Source of the DNA: an uncultured Microbacteriaceae bacterium
GTDB taxonomy: Bacteria; Actinomycetota; Actinomycetes; Actinomycetales; Microbacteriaceae
NCBI GenBank assembly: GCA_964584925.1
Contig: CAZPBS010000003.1
Location: 2,196-66,195, forward strand
Reading direction: 5' to 3'
DNA: 64,000 bases
Shown here: positions 1-10,552 of the stretch, one piece after another
Position numbering within the stretch: the stretch's first letter is position 1
Layout of the letters: every line of letters starts with the position of its first letter
Made by a program: the position numbers and the translations under genes
Notes under the pieces: model-generated
The model's input: the letters and a program-made list of their open reading frames with translations, nothing else
Database searches by the model: none
Told to the model about the DNA's origin: nothing

Positions 1-922
1 TCACGAGTGTGGTCAGCGCGGCGCGGAAGCCCTCTTCGTGAGTTCCTCCCTCGTGGGTGTTGATGGTGTTGGCATAGGTGTGGACGCTCTCGGAATACGC
101 TGTGGTCCACTGCATGGCAACTTCGAGAGCAATGGTGCGCTCAGTGTCCTCGGCCTCAAAGGAGATGATGTCCGGGTGGACAATCTCGGTCTTCTTGGCG
201 TTATTGAGATATTCGACGTAATCAACGAGCCCTTGCTCATACTTATAGGTGTCTTTACGACCACCTGCTGAAGGCCGTTCATCCACCAGATCAATCTGGA
301 GGCCCTTATTGAGGAATGCCATTTGCTGAAACCGCGTGCGGAGAGTCTCATAATCAAAGTCCACGGTTTCGAAAATTTCAGAGTTGGGCCAAAACTCAAT
401 GGTTGTTCCGGTGACATCTGTGGCTCCGGCCTTGGCCAGAGGGGCGTCCGGAACGCCATTTTGGTAAGACTGAGTCCAGCTACTGCCCTGTCGTTTCACA
501 TCAACGGTGAGTTTTTGAGAAAGGGCGTTCACCACGCTGCTTCCGACACCGTGCAAACCGCCGGACACCGCGTATCCGCCGCCGCCGAACTTTCCACCGG
601 CGTGCAGTGTGGTCAACACAACCTCAACCGTCGAGCGCTTCTCCACGGGGTGCTCGTCCACGGGGATGCCACGTCCATTGTCGGAGACGCGGACTCCACC
701 ATCCGCCAACATCACGACATTGATCTGGTCGCAGTGACCTGCCAACGCCTCATCGACCGAGTTATCGACGATTTCATATACCAGGTGATGAAGACCGCGA
801 GGACCGGTTGAGCCGATATACATACCCGGCCGTTTACGAACGGCCTCGAGTCCCTCAAGGACTTGGATGTCACTGGCGCCATAGGACTCTTCGTTGGAAG
901 TTTTCTTAGGCGCTGATGACAT
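1..922 (-). CDS. gyrB: DNA gyrase subunit B (5' part; runs off window)
   Basis: Manual translation from ATG 922: [59 protein letters not shown]; RBS CAGGAG upstream; absent from the ORF track because it has no stop in the window. Confidence 0.97.
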   Translation of the reverse strand, partial: MSSAPKKTSNEESYGASDIQVLEGLEAVRKRPGMYIGSTGPRGLHHLVYEIVDNSVDEALAGHCDQINVVMLADGGVRVSDNGRGIPVDEHPVEKRSTVEVVLTTLHAGGKFGGGGYAVSGGLHGVGSSVVNALSQKLTVDVKRQGSSWTQSYQNGVPDAPLAKAGATDVTGTTIEFWPNSEIFETVDFDYETLRTRFQQMAFLNKGLQIDLVDERPSAGGRKDTYKYEQGLVDYVEYLNNAKKTEIVHPDIISFEAEDTERTIALEVAMQWTTAYSESVHTYANTINTHEGGTHEEGFRAALTTLV

Positions 923-1076
923 TTTAAATTACTCCTGAAGCTGGGCTCGGATGGCGCAAAAACCCAGAAAAATCGGGGTTTATTGCTAGCTCACAGTCTA
1001 TCGAAGAGGGGTCCCAGAAAGGCCTATTTTGGCCCTCTGAGGAGAGATTTCTTTTCTTTCCACCAATTAGGGGTTT

Positions 1077-1541
1077 CTAGCCATAAGTATCGCGCGGGCC
1101 ACGCCCTGGAACAGAGCGTGAGCCATGTTTCCAAGAGGGGGCACCCGGTGCTTTTACGACAATGTCCGACACGCCGGCCTGGGGGAAGCGCTCTTGGAGT
1201 GCCTGGAGCAGGTTTTTTTTCATGAGTTTCAGCTGCGTCGCCCACGCACTGGAGTCACACTGAATCTCTAGTGAGCCTTCATGGAAGCCGCTGGGTGAAG
1301 CGTGCGCGGCGACATCGTCGCCGACAATGTCGGCCCAGTGTTCGTTCAGATCCGCCCGAGCCAGGCTCGGTGCCCACCCCATAGATTGCGTGAGCTCGTC
1401 GAAAGCGTCCGCCATAGATCCTGGATCACGAAAGTCGCCAAACGGTTCCGATCCGCTGATCGCGCCTTTTTCACGCGCTCGATAACCCCCAAACTTTGTA
1501 CGCAGCCGCTGATACACATTGCGGGCTTCAGGAGTCGTCAT
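1077..1541 (-). CDS. dciA: DUF721/DciA family helicase-loading protein
   Basis: WADIVGDDVAAHA, CDSSAWATQL, VPGRGPRDTYG motifs; position between recF and gyrB. Confidence 0.88.
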   Translation of the reverse strand: MTTPEARNVYQRLRTKFGGYRAREKGAISGSEPFGDFRDPGSMADAFDELTQSMGWAPSLARADLNEHWADIVGDDVAAHASPSGFHEGSLEIQCDSSAWATQLKLMKKNLLQALQERFPQAGVSDIVVKAPGAPSWKHGSRSVPGRGPRDTYG

Positions 1542-2650
1542 CGAGGACTCACCACACCGTTTTTGACATCGAGTCGGGTCCCCTCTAGTCCGAGAGGCAA
1601 GTCATCCTCCACCGCACTCGTAATAATGAGTTGCTCGTAGTCAGTAATTGCGCTGACCAGCTTCTCTCGGCGACGAGCATCTAGCTCAGCAAAAACATCG
1701 TCAAGCATGATGATGGGATCCCCACTTGCTCGATTCTCTCGCAACCACGCCGCCATCCCTAGTCTGAGGGCAAGCGCCAGCGACCAGGTTTCACCTTGGC
1801 TGGCGTGGGTTCGAGCAGGCTTTTCTTCAATGGTGAGGTCCACATCGTCGCGGTGGGGCCCAATGAGCGTCATCCCGCGCTCTAGTTCCTCAGCCCTTAC
1901 TGCTATCAAAGCGTCTGAAATCACACGGGCGATACTCTCAGGGCTCTCGTCCTCGAGGATGTAACCCCTGGGTTGATATGTCGCTGATATCTCGTCACCG
2001 CCAGCCAAATTGTCGTACTCTTTCGCAACACGGGGTGTGATCTCGCGGAGGTAGCGCACGCGATCAGCCACGATTGCCGCGGCCGCTTGCGCAAAGCTCT
2101 CCGTCCAGGCATCGAGTGTTGAAAGGTCCGCGCCTCGCGAGGAAGAGCGCAACGATTTCAAGAGGGAGTTGCGTTGTTTGAGGACGCGCTCAAAATCACT
2201 AAAGACTGCCGCCATGGATGGAGACCCACCCAGTACTAATTCATCCATAAAGTGGCGACGAAAACTTGGTTCCCCTCGAACAATTGCTGCGTCTTCAGGG
2301 GCAAACAAGACTGCTGACACCCAGCGAGGAATTTCAGACAGTTTGGTTTTGTTGCCGTTGAGCGTTGCCTCGTTAGTGCCATGACGCTTAAGTGTGACGC
2401 CAGCAGAGATATTGCGCTCGCCATGATGGAGCTGGGCATAGACAGTGCCGCTTTCCTGATCATCTTGAATCAGCGGGGCCGCGGACGCCACTCGGTGAGA
2501 TCCCAATGTTGCAAGATACCGAATGGCCTCAACAACGTTTGTTTTTCCTTGCCCATTAGGCCCAACAAGCACGGTGACCCCAGGCGAGCACGCCAAACGG
2601 GTTGATTCGTGATTACGCCATTGGGTGAGATCGAGCTGACTGATCCACAC
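1538..2650 (-). CDS. recF: DNA replication/repair protein RecF
   Basis: GPNGQGKTN Walker A, SQGE signature, LDDVFAELD Walker B; synteny. Confidence 0.97.
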   Translation of the reverse strand: MWISQLDLTQWRNHESTRLACSPGVTVLVGPNGQGKTNVVEAIRYLATLGSHRVASAAPLIQDDQESGTVYAQLHHGERNISAGVTLKRHGTNEATLNGNKTKLSEIPRWVSAVLFAPEDAAIVRGEPSFRRHFMDELVLGGSPSMAAVFSDFERVLKQRNSLLKSLRSSSRGADLSTLDAWTESFAQAAAAIVADRVRYLREITPRVAKEYDNLAGGDEISATYQPRGYILEDESPESIARVISDALIAVRAEELERGMTLIGPHRDDVDLTIEEKPARTHASQGETWSLALALRLGMAAWLRENRASGDPIIMLDDVFAELDARRREKLVSAITDYEQLIITSAVEDDLPLGLEGTRLDVKNGVVSPR

Positions 2651-2660
2651 AGAAAAACTT

Positions 2661-3806
2661 CTAGCGCATCAACAAATTAGGCTGCAGCAGGTAGCGATAC
2701 ACCTCGGAGTCGCCACCATCCTGAGACTTCTGAGCAGTAATCAGCACAGGCCCCGGCTTATTGGGGTTATCGGTGTGCGTAAATGCAACGCGCACGAATT
2801 CGCTGTGGGTGGCACTCAGGCCGTCAATCAAGAATTGAGGTTTGAGTGACACAACGCACTCTTTGCCAACGAGGTGTCCATCAATAGTTTCTGATGCTTG
2901 AGCCTGTTCACTCCCCAAAGCCTCAAGCGCAACACCGTCAGCTGTGAATGAGTAGCGCAAAGGGGCTTCCCGCTCTAAGACCAGGGCAACTCGTCTGGTC
3001 GCTTCGATGAGATCAGAGGTGCTGACTACCGCGTAGTCAGGTGTTTCTGACGGGAATAACTTAGTTACAGGAGGGAAAGATCCCTTGATGAGCAAGGTGG
3101 TTACTGTTCTATCTGCAGAGCCAAAAGCAACGAGCTCCCGCTCCCCGCCGGTGTTAATGGTGATCGTAATTTCACCGGAGGAGGAAAAGGTTTTCCCAAT
3201 CTCAGCCAAAGTGCGAGATGGAACAAGAGCGTGAAGACCTTCATCACTGACCCCACTCGCTTTCCACGCAACCTCACGAGATGCGACGCGATAGCGGTCT
3301 GTTGCCATCATCACAACAGCAGAGGAGGAAATATCGAGGAGAACACCGGTTATGACGGGAGTGACGTCATCACGTGACGCGGCCGGAGCAACTTGGCTCA
3401 CAGCGGACGCGAAGTCATCTGCGGACACTGTTCCTGTAATGCCCTCAACTTCGGGAAGATTCGGGTATTCCTCCACAGGCATAGTGGCCAGTGAGAACTT
3501 GGCAGAGCCTGAGGTAATGCTGACCGAGTTACCCGATAGTTCACACACCACAGAGTCGTGGGGAAGTCGTGATGCAATCTCGGCAAGCAGGCGACCTGAA
3601 ACGAGGACTGTGCCCGCCGTATCGACATTTGCATCGATGCGAGTTTTTGCCGAAACCTCGTAGTCAAAAGAAGAGATGGTGACACTAGAGCCCTCTGCTG
3701 CAATCAAGACTCCGCTGAGGATCGGAAGTGTTGTCCGCTGGGGTAGCAGTTTGACCGCAAAAGACACAGCCTCACTGAAGACGTCTTTGTTGACTTCAAA
3801 TTTCAC
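2661..3806 (-). CDS. dnaN: DNA polymerase III beta sliding clamp
   Basis: 381 aa, ATDRYR motif, C-terminal YRYLLQP; downstream of dnaA. Confidence 0.97.
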   Translation of the reverse strand: MKFEVNKDVFSEAVSFAVKLLPQRTTLPILSGVLIAAEGSSVTISSFDYEVSAKTRIDANVDTAGTVLVSGRLLAEIASRLPHDSVVCELSGNSVSITSGSAKFSLATMPVEEYPNLPEVEGITGTVSADDFASAVSQVAPAASRDDVTPVITGVLLDISSSAVVMMATDRYRVASREVAWKASGVSDEGLHALVPSRTLAEIGKTFSSSGEITITINTGGERELVAFGSADRTVTTLLIKGSFPPVTKLFPSETPDYAVVSTSDLIEATRRVALVLEREAPLRYSFTADGVALEALGSEQAQASETIDGHLVGKECVVSLKPQFLIDGLSATHSEFVRVAFTHTDNPNKPGPVLITAQKSQDGGDSEVYRYLLQPNLLMR

Positions 3807-4160
3807 GTGACACCTGACCTCTGGAATGGATTACCGCAGTACTCGATTCTGGCATAAAGCACCTGGTCTGTTTGATCGACCTCGTTATTGGTTCAAGAGA
3901 GAGATTAAGAAAGGAAACATTCATAACCTTTGTGGATTTGTGGATAAGTTCTCAAAATTCGCTTATTCACGTTAAAACTACAATCGTGTGAGTTGTGTAG
4001 TTATGCGGGGACAAAATGTGCAGTTGTGCTCCACCTTCCACGAAGACACGTTAGCTTTTTTGGCGTTGTGGAAACTCATCGCGTGTCTTCCCCAAAGCAT
4101 GAGAAGTTCTACACAAGTTATCCACAGTGTGGGAAACCCTCAACTAGAACTTGATTGGCT
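3807..4160. other. oriC (dnaA-dnaN intergenic) with DnaA boxes and AT-rich putative DUE
   Basis: Perfect boxes TGTGGATAA 3939-3947 and TTATCCACA 4118-4126; near matches 3931-3939, 3963-3971, 4067-4075, 4107-4115, 4128-4136; AT-rich stretch ~3885-3930 on the dnaN side. Confidence 0.92.
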
Positions 4161-5561
4161 TTAATAACTGCTGGTTTGTTTGACCCTGCTCGTGATCTCT
4201 GTGACCTGGTTATAGATAGAACGCCGTTCTTTCATCAACTCACTGATCTTTTTATTGGCGTACATCACTGTGGTGTGATCACGGTTACCAAAGAGTTGGC
4301 CAATCTTCGGCAGAGAAAGACTCGTCATTTCTCGACAGAGATACATCGCCACCTGTCGCGCAAGCGCAATGGTTTGAGAGCGTGAAGATCCATAGAGATC
4401 CTCGACACTGAGCTGATAGAAGGTCGCAGCAATACTGATGATGTCCGCTGGCGAAACGACGTTGGTGTCTTCGGTAAGGACAAGATCCTTCAACACGGTC
4501 TGTACCAGTGGCATATCGACCGTCGCCTTGTTTAAGTTGGCGAAGGCGGTAACGCGAATTAGCGCACCCTCGAGTTCACGAATATTGGAGGACACCTTGG
4601 ACGCCATGTATTCCACAACATCGTCGTTGATGTCGATTCGCTCACTAGCGGCTTTCTTGCGCAAGATTGCAATACGTGTTTCGAGATCCGGTGCTTGAAC
4701 ATCGGTAATGAGACCCCACTCAAACCGGCTCCGCATACGGTCCTCAAAACCAGTGAGCTGTTTGGGAGGTAGGTCGCTGGTTACGACAACCTGCTTGTTG
4801 TGGTCATGCAAAGTATTGAACGTGTGGAAAAAAGCTTCTTGGGTGGAGTCTTTGCCCTGAAGGAACTGAATGTCGTCAATCAAAAGGATGTCGATTTCTC
4901 GATACCGAGCTTGGAATTCAGGCGCCCTGTTGTTCGCGATGGCGTTAATAAAGTCGTTAGTGAACTCCTCCGAAGAGACATAGCGAACACGAATGCCTTT
5001 GTAGAGGCTTTGGGAATAATGCCCAATGGCGTGGAGAAGGTGAGTTTTTCCTAGCCCCGACCCTCCATAAATGAAAAGTGGGTTGTAGGCCTTGGCGGGC
5101 GCTTCGGCGACCGCTACTGCTGCAGCGTGAGAGAAGCGGTTGGAAGACCCGATCACGAAATTGTCGAAGCTGTATTTGTTATTGAGGCGGGTTTGGTCTT
5201 GACCGGTAAGCACGGGTTCTGAATGTGTGATTTCCGGTGTGTACTCCGGGACGATGGAATCATCGGCGGGGATCTGTAAAACATCACTTTCAATTTCAGG
5301 GTTGACAACAATGGCGAAGCTGCTGATTTCTGAATCTTCGATGCTCTCCAGCGCGGCTAGGAGAGGAAGGCGAACTCGTTGTTCGAGCATTCCCCGGGTC
5401 AGTTCGTTCGGGACCTCGAGATAGAGAACTCCGGCCATAACTCCACGGGGCTCAACGAGATCAAGAAATCCCCACAGCTGAGGAGTAATCCGTGCGTCGG
5501 TCGTGAGGTGGCTTTTGACGTTATGCCAGAAATCGAGCACATCGCTTTCTGGATCCGCCAC
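4161..5561 (-). CDS. dnaA: Chromosomal replication initiator DnaA
   Basis: [35 protein letters not shown] motifs. Confidence 0.99.
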   Translation of the reverse strand: MADPESDVLDFWHNVKSHLTTDARITPQLWGFLDLVEPRGVMAGVLYLEVPNELTRGMLEQRVRLPLLAALESIEDSEISSFAIVVNPEIESDVLQIPADDSIVPEYTPEITHSEPVLTGQDQTRLNNKYSFDNFVIGSSNRFSHAAAVAVAEAPAKAYNPLFIYGGSGLGKTHLLHAIGHYSQSLYKGIRVRYVSSEEFTNDFINAIANNRAPEFQARYREIDILLIDDIQFLQGKDSTQEAFFHTFNTLHDHNKQVVVTSDLPPKQLTGFEDRMRSRFEWGLITDVQAPDLETRIAILRKKAASERIDINDDVVEYMASKVSSNIRELEGALIRVTAFANLNKATVDMPLVQTVLKDLVLTEDTNVVSPADIISIAATFYQLSVEDLYGSSRSQTIALARQVAMYLCREMTSLSLPKIGQLFGNRDHTTVMYANKKISELMKERRSIYNQVTEITSRVKQTSSY

Positions 5562-5630
5562 AAGAAAGCCTTTCTCTCTCGACCTACAAAGTAGACACCT
5601 ATTCTGAAGGGCATGAAGGGTGCTGTGCCC

Positions 5631-5659
5631 AGACTAGAGATTAGCTGTGGATAACTCCA
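5631..5659 (-). promoter_or_regulatory. dnaA promoter with internal DnaA box (autoregulation)
   Basis: Minus-strand -10 TAGTCT at 5631-5636; perfect DnaA box TGTGGATAA 5646-5654 in the spacer. Confidence 0.65.
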
Positions 5660-5674
5660 TTTGGGAAATTTAGT

Positions 5675-5703
5675 TTGACCCGATGAGATTTGAGGCTTAT
5701 CCT
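5675..5703 (+). promoter_or_regulatory. SigA-type promoter of rpmH operon
   Basis: TTGACC-17 bp-TATCCT. Confidence 0.6.
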
Positions 5704-5771
5704 GTAGTGTCCCGCAATCGGGAGTAGATGTACCGGCACACTGGCCGGATCAGCAACAAGGAGTTCTTGTC

Positions 5772-5909
5772 ATGAGTAAGCGCACGTTTCAGCCCAACAA
5801 CCGTCGGCGTGCCAAGGTTCATGGATTCCGCTTGCGTATGCGTACCCGTGCCGGCCGCGCCATTCTTGCTGCTCGTCGCCGTAAAGGGCGCGAGCGCCTC
5901 TCCGCCTAG
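5772..5909 (+). CDS. rpmH: 50S ribosomal protein L34
   Basis: Manual translation [45 protein letters not shown] (45 aa); RBS AAGGAG. Confidence 0.98.
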   Translation: MSKRTFQPNNRRRAKVHGFRLRMRTRAGRAILAARRRKGRERLSA

Positions 5910-5924
5910 TTATAGGGGCACCGC

Positions 5925-6266
5925 GTGCTAGCGCGGCGTAACCGCATCGTGGAGGGCGAAGAGCTCCGTCACGTGTCGAGGCGAGGCCAGAAGTTTCGAT
6001 CACCGCTGTTCACGGCGGCGTGGATAGTCTCTGCTGAGGACAATCCCGCTCGTGTCGGTTTCATTACCTCTAAACAGGTGGGTGGTGCGGTAACCAGAAA
6101 TCTGGTGAAACGTCGTTTGAGGGCTCTTGCGGCACGAACCCTGGCAGACCGTCCTCATGGATATGACCTTGTAGTGCGAGCACAGGCCGACAGCTCTGGC
6201 GCATCCTTTGACCAGCTCTCGGAGCATTGGGACCGCATGGTGTCTCAGATGGTGGCGTCAGGGTGA
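5925..6266 (+). CDS. rnpA: Ribonuclease P protein component
   Basis: RVGFITSKQVGGAVTRNLVKRRLR (RNR-type motif). Confidence 0.95.
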   Translation: MLARRNRIVEGEELRHVSRRGQKFRSPLFTAAWIVSAEDNPARVGFITSKQVGGAVTRNLVKRRLRALAARTLADRPHGYDLVVRAQADSSGASFDQLSEHWDRMVSQMVASG

Positions 6267-6562
6267 CGCTGTTGTGGTGGTTGGCCTTGGTTCCGCGGAA
6301 CATTGCGGTAGCTATCTTGCTGGCATATCGGAAAGTTATCTCTCCTCTTTATGGTCAGGTGTGCCGCTATTACCCGAGCTGTTCGGCCTACACCCTTCAG
6401 GCGATTCAGTACCATGGGGTGGCAAAGGGAGTCGTTCTAGGCTCGTGGCGCATTCTGAGGTGTAATCCTTGGTCGCAGGGTGGGATAGATGATCCTCCCG
6501 CAGGACCCCGGCCTCGCTATGTGGTGGGACCGGTAGGGTTTGTCGGAGTAAAGGGAAGGTAG
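6263..6562 (+). CDS. yidD: Membrane protein insertion efficiency factor YidD
   Basis: CRYYPSCSAY...RILRCNPWSQGGID; GTG 6263 overlaps rnpA stop. Confidence 0.93.
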   Translation: MTLLWWLALVPRNIAVAILLAYRKVISPLYGQVCRYYPSCSAYTLQAIQYHGVAKGVVLGSWRILRCNPWSQGGIDDPPAGPRPRYVVGPVGFVGVKGR

Positions 6563-6566
6563 GCAC

Positions 6567-7547
6567 GTGGAGTTTTTTGACACAATTCTGTGGCCCATTC
6601 GGTGGGTCATTGAGGCGGTGCTAGCGGGCTCCCACGCCATTCTGGAATCTTTTGGGATGGACCCCGCCTCGGGGGCGACCTGGTTCTTCTCCATCATGGT
6701 CCTCGTGCTGTTGGTGCGTGCAGCACTTATTCCGGTTTTTGTTCGTCAAATCAAGAGCCAGCGTCGCATGATGGAAATTGCTCCGGAGCTGAAAAAGATT
6801 CAGGATAAGTACAAGGGTAAGAAAGACCAGTTCTCTCGTGAGGCGATGTCCCGAGAAACGATGGCCCTGTATTCCAAAGCCGGGACCAACCCCTTCTCCT
6901 CGTGTCTTCCCCTTCTTCTTCAAATGCCGATCTTCTTCGGCCTTTTCCGGGTTCTCAGTACCGCCGCGGAGGGTCGCGCTGGTGTGTCCTTTATGACGGA
7001 AGAGCTCGCGGAGCAGTTTGGTCAAGCAGCACTGTTCGGCTTTGCGCCCCTAAAGGCCACCATGATTGCTGCCTTTGCAGAGGGCTCTGGGTATACCTCC
7101 GGAGAAACCATCGGCATCGTGATTACGGCCGGAATCATGGTCGTTCTCATGTCTGCGTCGCAGTTCGTGACTCAGCTTCAGATCATGTCGAAGAACCAGT
7201 CGCCCGCCATGAAAGAAAGCCCGATGTATCGTCAGCAGCGCATTCTGCTGTACATGCTGCCTCTGGTGTTCCTCTTCTCCGGTGTCTACTTCCCCCTTGG
7301 TGTTATGACCTATTGGTTGGTGTCAAACTTCTGGACCATGGGCCAGCAGTTCATCGTGATTCGTAACATGCCTACGCCCGGCAGCGAGGCAGACAAGGCT
7401 CGCGAAGCTCGACTTGCAAAGAAGCGCGAGCGAAAAGGAATTGTCCTGGTGGAAGAGGATGACGAGACCGAGGAAGAACAAGAAAAGGGTCAACGTCCTC
7501 AACCCAAGGGGAAGAGTCGTTCTAAGAAAAAGAAGAAGAGGAAATAA
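6567..7547 (+). CDS. yidC: Membrane protein insertase YidC
   Basis: NPFSSCLPLLLQMPIF, YWLVSNFWTMGQQ, basic C-tail. Confidence 0.96.
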   Translation: MEFFDTILWPIRWVIEAVLAGSHAILESFGMDPASGATWFFSIMVLVLLVRAALIPVFVRQIKSQRRMMEIAPELKKIQDKYKGKKDQFSREAMSRETMALYSKAGTNPFSSCLPLLLQMPIFFGLFRVLSTAAEGRAGVSFMTEELAEQFGQAALFGFAPLKATMIAAFAEGSGYTSGETIGIVITAGIMVVLMSASQFVTQLQIMSKNQSPAMKESPMYRQQRILLYMLPLVFLFSGVYFPLGVMTYWLVSNFWTMGQQFIVIRNMPTPGSEADKAREARLAKKRERKGIVLVEEDDETEEEQEKGQRPQPKGKSRSKKKKKRK

Positions 7548-8026
7548 TGGCCACGAAGGACCAAGAGATCGTTGTCCCCGATGAGGGCGAACTTGCGGCT
7601 GACTATTTGGAAAACTTGCTGGACATCGCTGACCTCGATGGCGACATCGAGATCGAGGTGAAGCAGGAGAGAACCTATGTCACGGTCGGCTCGGCAGACA
7701 CCAACGACCTTGACGCTTTGTCCTCCCCCGAGGTTGTCAGTGCCCTCCAGGATCTGACGAGGTTGGCCGTTCAGCAGAAGACCGGGGAGTTTGCTCGGTT
7801 GGTGTTGGACGTAGGGGGATCTCGTGAGGCACGTGAGCGCGAGCTGGAGAAGCTCGTGGGCGTTGCGATCGAGAAGATCGAGAACGGTGCTAAGTCGGCG
7901 GCGCTCCCTCCGATGAGCAGCTATGAGCGCAAGCTCGTGCATGACATGGTGGGTGAGCGTGGCTTCCAGTCGGGCTCCGAAGGCGAAGGCAAAGACCGTC
8001 ACACGGTCATCACTGCCTCCGCGTAG
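7547..8026 (+). CDS. jag: Jag/KhpB-like R3H RNA-binding protein
   Basis: MSSYERKLVHD R3H motif; synteny after yidC. Confidence 0.9.
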   Translation: MATKDQEIVVPDEGELAADYLENLLDIADLDGDIEIEVKQERTYVTVGSADTNDLDALSSPEVVSALQDLTRLAVQQKTGEFARLVLDVGGSREARERELEKLVGVAIEKIENGAKSAALPPMSSYERKLVHDMVGERGFQSGSEGEGKDRHTVITASA

Positions 8027-8049
8027 GAATGTTTCACGTGAAACATTCC
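8026..8049. promoter_or_regulatory. parS site 1 (24-bp perfect palindrome)
   Basis: GGAATGTTTCACGTGAAACATTCC; core TGTTTCACGTGAAACA 8030-8045. Confidence 0.95.
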
Positions 8050-8670
8050 GACATTGAGCCAGAGCCATTAGCGGCGGAAAAGCTGTGTGGTGAAGCGTTG
8101 CCTACCCTCCGGCTCTTTGCCGAGCACCTGGCACAGTGGGGTGAAGAGCTAGGCCTTGTGGGCCCTCGGGAACGTGATCGGTTATGGACCCGCCACATCT
8201 TAAATTCGGGTTTAGTTGCTCACAAGCTGGGGCCAGGGACCCTGATTGATATTGGCTCTGGCGCGGGCTTCCCCGGTCTGGTCATCGCCGCCATGAGACC
8301 GCATATCCAGTGTGTTCTGATTGAGCCGCTGGGGAGGCGTGCGCACTGGTTGCGTGAGGAGGCTGACCGCCTGGGTCTGAAGAATGTGAGTGTCCGCAAT
8401 GAACGCGCCGAGGAGGCCGCTGGGCACGTCATTGCCGACTACGTGACGGCCCGCGCGGTGAGCGCCCTGAAGACACTGGTTCCTTTAGCAGCTCCTCTAC
8501 TCAAAGCTGGTGGCGAGCTCGTTCTCATGAAGGGCCAGAAGATCGAGGACGAGGTCCGCGACGCCGCGTCGGTATTGGTTAAGTGGGGCGTGACCAACCC
8601 GAGCATTGAGATTACGGGACCCGAATTCAACACCGAAGAAACCCGAATCTTTCGGGCTACAGTGGGATAA
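8029..8670 (+). CDS. rsmG: 16S rRNA m7G527 methyltransferase RsmG (GidB)
   Basis: LWTRHILNS, DIGSGAGFPG, VTARAVS. Confidence 0.96.
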   Translation: MFHVKHSDIEPEPLAAEKLCGEALPTLRLFAEHLAQWGEELGLVGPRERDRLWTRHILNSGLVAHKLGPGTLIDIGSGAGFPGLVIAAMRPHIQCVLIEPLGRRAHWLREEADRLGLKNVSVRNERAEEAAGHVIADYVTARAVSALKTLVPLAAPLLKAGGELVLMKGQKIEDEVRDAASVLVKWGVTNPSIEITGPEFNTEETRIFRATVG

Positions 8671-8679
8671 AACAGAGCG

Positions 8680-8699
8680 AATGTTTCACGTGAAACATT
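8680..8699. promoter_or_regulatory. parS site 2
   Basis: AATGTTTCACGTGAAACATT in the rsmG-parA gap. Confidence 0.95.
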
Positions 8700-8714
8700 G
8701 GAGGGAATGTCTCG

Positions 8715-9608
8715 GTGACCCAGCCACAGTTTGACCAGTCCACGCCATTGGCAGCTGAGCTGGCTGACTTGAGCAATCGACGAGCTGCTCTTGCACAAGC
8801 AGTGGCTCCCAAGCCCTCTCGCACCAGGGTTTTCACGGTCGCTAACCAAAAGGGTGGTGTCGGAAAAACCACCACCGCAGTCAACATCGCTGGAGCGTTG
8901 GCTCGCTTTGGAAGCACAGTTCTCGTCATTGATCTCGACCCCCAAGGCAACGCGTCAACAGCATTAGGAATAGACCACCACGGTGATATTTCCAGCATTT
9001 ATGACGTGGTGGTGGGTGTTACTCCCCTGGCAGACGTCGTGCAGGTGAGCCCGGAGAGCCCTCGGCTTCTCTGTGCACCGTCAAACTTGGATCTCGCGGG
9101 AGCTGAAATCGAGCTCGTTTCGATGGCTGCCCGGGAATATCGGCTCCAGAGAGGACTGGAGGTTTTTCTTGATTCTCCGGCAGGCTCAGGCATTGACTAT
9201 GTCTTTATTGATTGTCCGCCATCACTGGGCCTTTTGACTATCAACGCCTTTGTAGCAGCGAATGAGGTCTTGATTCCGATTCAGTGTGAGTATTACGCCC
9301 TGGAGGGAGTGAGCCAGCTGGTGAGCAACATCGAGCTCATTAGGGGCCACCTCAATCCAGCACTCACTCTGTCGACAATCCTTCTCACGATGTTCGACAC
9401 GAGAACCAACCTCGCGCATCAGGTTGTGTCAGATGTGAGGTCCCACTTTCCCCACCAGACCTTGTCGACGCTTATCCCTCGCTCTGTTCGCGTGTCAGAA
9501 GCACCCAGTTATGGCCAGACAGTGATTGAGTATGACCAGAGCTCTCCCGGAGCTGTTTCCTACCAGGAAGCCGCCCTCGAAATCGCACACAGAGGAGCAC
9601 CGCAGTAA
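8715..9608 (+). CDS. parA: Chromosome partitioning ATPase ParA
   Basis: NQKGGVGKTTT, DLDPQGNAS, DCPPSLG. Confidence 0.97.
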   Translation: MTQPQFDQSTPLAAELADLSNRRAALAQAVAPKPSRTRVFTVANQKGGVGKTTTAVNIAGALARFGSTVLVIDLDPQGNASTALGIDHHGDISSIYDVVVGVTPLADVVQVSPESPRLLCAPSNLDLAGAEIELVSMAAREYRLQRGLEVFLDSPAGSGIDYVFIDCPPSLGLLTINAFVAANEVLIPIQCEYYALEGVSQLVSNIELIRGHLNPALTLSTILLTMFDTRTNLAHQVVSDVRSHFPHQTLSTLIPRSVRVSEAPSYGQTVIEYDQSSPGAVSYQEAALEIAHRGAPQ

Positions 9609-10552
9609 TGGCACAGAAGAGAACTGGACTGGGTAGAGGTATTGGCGCGTTGATTCCTGGCGCCCCCACCACAGGAGAACGCCCGGTCGACGTCTTTTTC
9701 CCCTCCAGCGCTGAAGCTGGCGACTTAGTCAGCATTCCCGGAGCGACGCTTGTCGCTGTTCCGCCGACCAGTATTCGCCCCAATCCCAAACAGCCCAGAA
9801 AAGAATTTCGCCAGGAAGAGCTTGACGAGCTCATTCACTCGGTGCGCGAGTTTGGCGTTCTCCAGCCCATCGTGGTGCGACCTCTTGCTAAGCCGGAAGG
9901 AACCGTTGCCTATGAGCTGATCATGGGAGAGCGACGCCTCCGCGCTGCGACCGCTGCAGGTTTGGACACTATCCCCGCGGTGGTGCGAGAAACCGAGGAC
10001 GACGCCATGTTGCGTGATGCCCTCCTGGAAAACCTGCACCGTGCGAATCTCAACGCGTTGGAGGAAGCCTCCGCGTATCAGCAGCTGCTCTCCGACTTTG
10101 GAATTACTCAGGACGAGCTCGCGACCAGGCTCGGAAGATCTCGCCCTCAAGTAACCAACACCTTGCGTTTGCTGCGCCTCCCCGCTGATGTTCAGAAGAA
10201 GGTCGCCGCTGGAGTATTGAGCGCTGGTCACGCGAGAGCACTCCTGGCCATGCCTGATGCGGAGGGGATGTCAAAGCTTGCGAACAAGATTGTTCAGCAG
10301 TCACTGACCGTCCGCCAAGCAGAGGAAGAAGCGGGACTCGCGAAGGCAACAAAAACTGGCGGCAAGAAGGTGCGTGGCGGCAGTCGTAGTGAGGGTCTTG
10401 ACGAGATCGCGGAGCGGATGGGCGACCGTCTCAACACCCGCGTGCACATCACGTTGTCGAAAACCAAGGGAACAGTAGCCATTGATTTTGCGACGGTGGC
10501 AGACCTGAACCGAATTCTCGGCGAACTGGGGGAGCCGGGCTTTAAGGCCTAG
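9608..10552 (+). CDS. parB: Chromosome partitioning protein ParB
   Basis: GLGRG N-terminus, GERRLRA, ENLHR, HTH. Confidence 0.97.
   Translation: MAQKRTGLGRGIGALIPGAPTTGERPVDVFFPSSAEAGDLVSIPGATLVAVPPTSIRPNPKQPRKEFRQEELDELIHSVREFGVLQPIVVRPLAKPEGTVAYELIMGERRLRAATAAGLDTIPAVVRETEDDAMLRDALLENLHRANLNALEEASAYQQLLSDFGITQDELATRLGRSRPQVTNTLRLLRLPADVQKKVAAGVLSAGHARALLAMPDAEGMSKLANKIVQQSLTVRQAEEEAGLAKATKTGGKKVRGGSRSEGLDEIAERMGDRLNTRVHITLSKTKGTVAIDFATVADLNRILGELGEPGFKA

Noticed and set aside
13-811. ORFs 13-459, 38-271 and 323-811
   Set aside because: Alternate-frame or antisense shadows of gyrB
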